Shown: piece after piece, positions 54,744 to 64,000 of the stretch
How the letters are laid out: each line of letters starts with the position of its first letter
Numbering within the stretch: position 1 is the stretch's first letter
Assembly: GCA_051294375.1 (NCBI GenBank)
Contig: CM119268.1
Coordinates: forward strand, 12,404,493 to 12,468,492
From: Paraspadella gotoi
Lineage: Eukaryota > Animalia > Chaetognatha
DNA: 64,000 nucleotides
Direction: 5' to 3'
Position numbers and translations under genes: made by a program
The notes under the pieces: generated by a model
Databases searched by the model: none
Seen by the model: the letters and a program-made list of their open reading frames with translations, nothing else
What the model was told of the DNA's origin: nothing

Positions 54744-56280
54744 ATGGATTCGAATCACGGACGAAGAAGATGGGACGTACAGTCCTCCAACAAACCCGAA
54801 GAAAGGTTGAGGGACGACCGTACTACTGACGATTACGACGAGCGGTTAGTTAATAACTTAATAGCTTAACCCAGAAAATACGTACATCTTTTTTTTTCTG
54901 AAAGGAAAAATGAAAACAACAATTTTACTCATTCTGAAGAATTGGATGTTAAGCAATTGTATGGTCAACATAAAAATTAAGGAAAAAAATATGGTGGATT
55001 TTTTTTTCAGACATCGATACGATCGACCAAGAAATCGATCATCATCGGATCGCAATCGATGGGATCGTCAAGAGAGTGACGGACAAAGACGAGAAAGACA
55101 AAGAGACAGAAGTCCTAGTTTACGAGACCGAAGTCCGCGGGACAAACGCCGAGATCGCGACAAGGAAAAACAAAATCGTGATGAACCTTTCAACGACAGA
55201 CCCTCGACGGACAATCGTAGAAAAGAAGAAAGGAAGGCCAGTCAAAGTGCTGGTGAGATTTCTTTTAAAAACACCCGATTTCTGAAGCAAAATAAAATGA
55301 TCGAAAGTAATGTTAAGATGTAGATCTAATGTAGATAATAAAGATACGAAAATAGGGTTGACAAAATATTAATGTTCAGATATGTATTTAAACAAATTTC
55401 TGAAGCAGAAAAATCTCAAGTCGCACCACTTCAAGTTAAGATCGACGCAAAGCCAGTGACAACCCCGAACCCAGCGCCCATTGCAAGACCCAAAAGCAAA
55501 TTAGTAGCTCAAGCTTTTGGAGATGACTCCAGCGACGAGGAGGTAGCAAAAAAAAATTAAATACTAACTTTCAATGATAATTTCTGTGTGTTTTACTTAA
55601 CACTAAACAAAATTTTACATTCGAACGGGGCTTTGTCGTCTTTTGAAAAACCTTTTTTTTTTAAATAAAATTTAAAAAAATTCTTACCTAACTCTAAACC
55701 CTTTTAACCTTAACCATAAACCCCCACTAACCCCGGTCGGCAAAAGTAAAATAAAAAGTAAAAAGGACTGAATAGTAACGAACGAGGTAAGCACCAACGC
55801 TGAAATGATCCCAGACTAGATAAGTCCTTGTGACGAAGTAAAGTCCAAACTCGGATATCACGAGTCTTTGGTTCTAACATGCAGAAGGCTTGTCATTCGC
55901 CTCTCAACCCAAAGGTCAGGGTTCTAGCTGTTAAGTGGGACGGGGCGCTTAACACGCCTGTTACATGGCGTAACAGCCTGATCCGAAGCTTAGGTCAGGC
56001 ACTGCTTAATTGAACGGTTCTATCACTAACTCGAAGCCCATTTTTCTGTCTTTATACATTTATTTTTAGGAATTCTTTACTTCTATTTGATTGACTGTTT
56101 TGTCAGGAAATGCCACCCGAGGCGAAAATGAGGATGAGAAATATCGGTCGCGATACTCCTACTTCTGCTGGACCTAATTCTTACGCAAAAGGAAAATTAG
56201 GATTCTGTGACAATAAACGGATAGTAGAAAGACATTTAATGGGCGAAGATATGTTTCGACCTAAAAAACCTTTTAATTAA
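54744..56280 (+). CDS. PCNP: PEST proteolytic signal-containing nuclear protein, 4 exons
   Basis: Exons 54744-54844, 55011-55252, 55409-55542 and 56107-56280; hallmark motif [48 protein letters not shown]. Confidence 0.92.
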
Positions 56281-57006
56281 TCATTTCTTTGTCATTGTCT
56301 TGTATTTTAATTTAGTATTTTAATCAGAATGAAATTGTGCTTCTCTGTGACTTGACACATACTTTTAAAAATTTAGATCTAGTAAGTAAAATTGAATTCC
56401 TAGATATTTTTCAAGAATGCTCTGCCAAAAACTGGTCATTTGGTCATAATTTAAAGAAGAAAATAAATAGCTTGATATTTTGTTCTAAGAATTACTTATA
56501 TTATATATAAATTCTTTGAATTTTATTCATCAAAAAGCAAAATTGTCGCGTTTCTCGTTAGATGTCTCCGAGTTAAGAGTTGATAAAAACAAAATGGCGA
56601 TTCCCATGAATCAGTTAGCAGCCTCCTCTCCGATATGAAGATATCCTTTTCTCTATTCTTCCGCATCGTCATTCGTTTTACTAATGTTTCTGTATATTAT
56701 TGTTAATATCTATTTTCATTTCCTTTTTATAAGCTTTTGCTTGTTAGTGAGTTTTTAGCGCAGTTTTCGTTGATGCGACCGTAAGTGGTTAAAACCATTA
56801 GGGAATACATGGTAATGAGCAGGCATGAGTCATAAACTCATGGGCCCACAATGGCTGTCAGCATTCCTTCACGATTTTTTTTTGCCTTCGATATTTTAAT
56901 TTGTGCATTTAAACGAGTTTATTGAATTCTTTTGAGCCCGTAGTATCAATATCTCCTGCTCGAGGCATAATTTCTCCTTTTCCATTGTTCGAAAGCAAAA
57001 CTCTTA

Positions 57007-58113
57007 ATGATGGATACTCCTCTTTTGTCGCTCGTCCATCGCGTTCAAGACTTGGAAACTTCCTTCAGTCTCGCCCTCATCGAGGTCACCCTGCGTCTTT
57101 CTTCTTTGACGGACGCCAACGTCTTCCTTTTGGTCGAGACGACGGAGGGTCGTCGATTTTGCGGCAAAGACGCCCTCTGTCGCGCCTTCGTCGACGGGGC
57201 GTTGCGATTTGATCATCGGGATGTCGAGATGAAGATGTCGCCGACGGCTTCGTCCCCGCTTTCCGAGGTTCGGCGCAATGAGGATTCGATATCGGAAGGA
57301 TGTCCTATTGCTGATCCCCCTTCGGCCTCGTCGAATCCTTCCTCCGATTTAACAAGAGCGTCTCCCGCGAAGAAGCGGAGAATTTCTAGGGAGAACCTGG
57401 AGTGGACGACGAAGAAAATCGCCGACCAAGATGTGGATGAACCGGAAACTAAACCGGTGGTCTTAGAAGATCGAGACAGTGACGTCGAGGAAATCCCCTT
57501 GTGGGAAACGTCAGGATTTGACCCCGAAAACGGCCTCGCTTCCTTCGACTCTTCCTTCACCGAAAATCTCAACCAACCACCGTCCGATCAGGGTCGAAGT
57601 CGGCGAAAAAGAAAGGAGCCTCCGGGGATCCGCGACGTCGTCGTCGGGACCTCGTATGATCCCTCTCTCGGAAAATACCCGACGTTTCCTCAAGAATGCT
57701 CTATAGAAAGTTGGAAGCAGAGCGGAGATGTTCGGTCTGGCCAAATACTTCCTGGCGACGATTTCGATCACCTCCGTCTGCAAGTTCGCGATTATTTAGA
57801 GCAGAGTGCCAAAGCGGACGCCGTGCAACGCTGCGACACTGCCGCATTGTTGACCAAAGACTCTGTCGGCTACAAAGTGCTGCTTTCTTTAATCTACGAC
57901 GCTGGAAAAACGTTTGGAACGCTCTCTCGATCTACCGACCACGATCATCTCCAATACTTCTACGTTCTTTTCGATGAACTTTTCAATTTTTTCCCCGAAT
58001 TCTCTACTGTGGAAAAAGTAAAAATCGCGGACGACGTAAGAAATTTTCGACATTTGCTCCGCCAAAAACTACAAAGAACATTCGGCAGGTTTTCGAAGAA
58101 GTACAAGAGTTGA
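57007..58113 (+). CDS. 368-aa single-coding-exon protein with a MADS-box-like N-terminal segment, an acidic/NLS-bearing linker and a helical C-terminal domain
   Basis: Uninterrupted GC-richer ORF in an AT-rich context, with a probable 5' UTR intron (donor GTAAGT at 56781, acceptor at 56995). NLS-like motifs are PAKKRR and RSRRKRK. Confidence 0.8.
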   Translation: MMDTPLLSLVHRVQDLETSFSLALIEVTLRLSSLTDANVFLLVETTEGRRFCGKDALCRAFVDGALRFDHRDVEMKMSPTASSPLSEVRRNEDSISEGCPIADPPSASSNPSSDLTRASPAKKRRISRENLEWTTKKIADQDVDEPETKPVVLEDRDSDVEEIPLWETSGFDPENGLASFDSSFTENLNQPPSDQGRSRRKRKEPPGIRDVVVGTSYDPSLGKYPTFPQECSIESWKQSGDVRSGQILPGDDFDHLRLQVRDYLEQSAKADAVQRCDTAALLTKDSVGYKVLLSLIYDAGKTFGTLSRSTDHDHLQYFYVLFDELFNFFPEFSTVEKVKIADDVRNFRHLLRQKLQRTFGRFSKKYKS

Positions 58114-59463
58114 TTTTCTGGTATTTATTGATGTAGTATACCAATTTCTTTTCCATCCCCCAAAAGCCAGTGACCTTTAAAAAATTTCTTTACAAATTTT
58201 ATGCGACATTTGTAATTTGGGACGACATTTTAACATCTCAAGAGATTATAGCTGATTTTTTTCCAAAACAGTGGTTTGTTATTTTGATCTTTTGGGAGCA
58301 AAGTGTGCAATTGATGTATCTTTTGCTTGTTTTACCTGTTATTTACGTTATTTTCGAGGACTAATATCGGATAAGAATAACCATTGCGGTCCCAAATTTA
58401 TCTCATTATACTAAAAGCCAAACATTCCTGACATTTTTATTATGGATTGATCCAATTTTCGCAGCCCTCATCGTTTGAAAGAACTAATTATTAATTTATT
58501 TTAGAAACAGTTCGGAGTTTTAAATTTAAAATTTTTTTTTTTTTAGTTGGATTCGTCCCGCCCAAGTAGGGTTTTATTTCTTTCTGGTCTCCCTCAAAAC
58601 AGATTTTCTTTTTCTTAGCTTCGTTTTGATTGAGTTAATTGAGTTAGGCCCCAAATATACGAGTGTTTCTGAATTTTAGTAGGTTACACGGCGTTTCTCC
58701 CTTTTATTTCATTCTTTATTCAATGAAATTCCCATCCATGAAAAGATTTTCCCCCACGAGGTCGTATTTCTTTCTATGATTGTTTTCATCCCTTTGTGGG
58801 TTAAACCGATTCAACCCCTCCGGTGGGATATTCGGAGGGATTTTCTTAGCCGAAAAGACGAAGAGCCGAAAGAAGTAAAAAATGTTTTGTTTTCAAAAAA
58901 ATCGTAGGAGAGAGTAAATAACTAAAGCTCTCTCGATCTCCTTTCCCTCGGCCATGAAAACCCGAAACGTCTCTCCGCATTAGTCGATGATTGAGGCAAA
59001 TTGAAAAATTGTTTTCAATGGGAAATGTAGTAAATTCCGTCATAATCTTCGTTTAAATTGAATAAATGTTTCGGAACGTGTCCATTGGATAATAGGCTTA
59101 TCCGGGGCGGGCGGTTTTTTCCTTCTGAAAATTACGGAAAGTGATTTAAGCTTTAATATTTCGTGCCATTTATGTTTTGAAGGACCCTTTGGCTTTTCCC
59201 AAAGAAAGTTATTAAAAATGTCTCGATCTACACTGTCAAAAGAAACTAATCCAATCGGTCTTGCGAGTTAAACAAAAACAAACAAAACGCTGGTGAGAAG
59301 ACAAACGTTTGGTCTCAGCCGAACTCGAAGACTCGTGCCGTCGCCCCGACGAAATGTGAATCCGTCAATTGTCGCGCGGGATTATTTTTTCCCAGACTCG
59401 CCGCCGCACTCATGGATTCAAATTCTTTGTCGACCTCCTCTTGATCCACCGAGCGGACGATAA

Positions 59464-64000
<4,537 letters not shown>

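Overview
AT-rich, microsatellite-rich invertebrate animal genomic DNA with GT-AG spliced genes; there is no prokaryotic system, rRNA, intact tRNA or CRISPR array. Most long six-frame ORFs are artefacts of (GA)n/(CT)n, (GAAA)n and (TATTT)n repeats. Gene models were built by hand from splice sites and exon phase. They are: a KCNE/MinK-like single-pass membrane protein (-), an 11-exon uncharacterised four-repeat protein with a myristoylation-like N-terminus (+) that hosts an antisense secreted double PAN/apple gene in intron 1, a 9-exon orphan of about 930 aa with two TM helices (-), an NRAMP/SLC11 metal transporter (-), PCNP (+), a single-coding-exon gene with a MADS-like N-terminus (+), and the 5' part of ARHGAP39/Vilse (+). 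Introns and spacers hold many non-autonomous elements: Tc1-type TIR MITEs, foldbacks, Helentron/DINE-like copies, a structured solo-LTR/MITE-like family, an RLE-type non-LTR remnant and hammerhead-like motifs. The most notable observations are frequent AAG 3' splice sites, a stack of nested elements with a hammerhead-like palindrome in an NRAMP intron, and several single-base frameshifts that look like assembly errors. Family assignments come from recalled motifs, not database searches.
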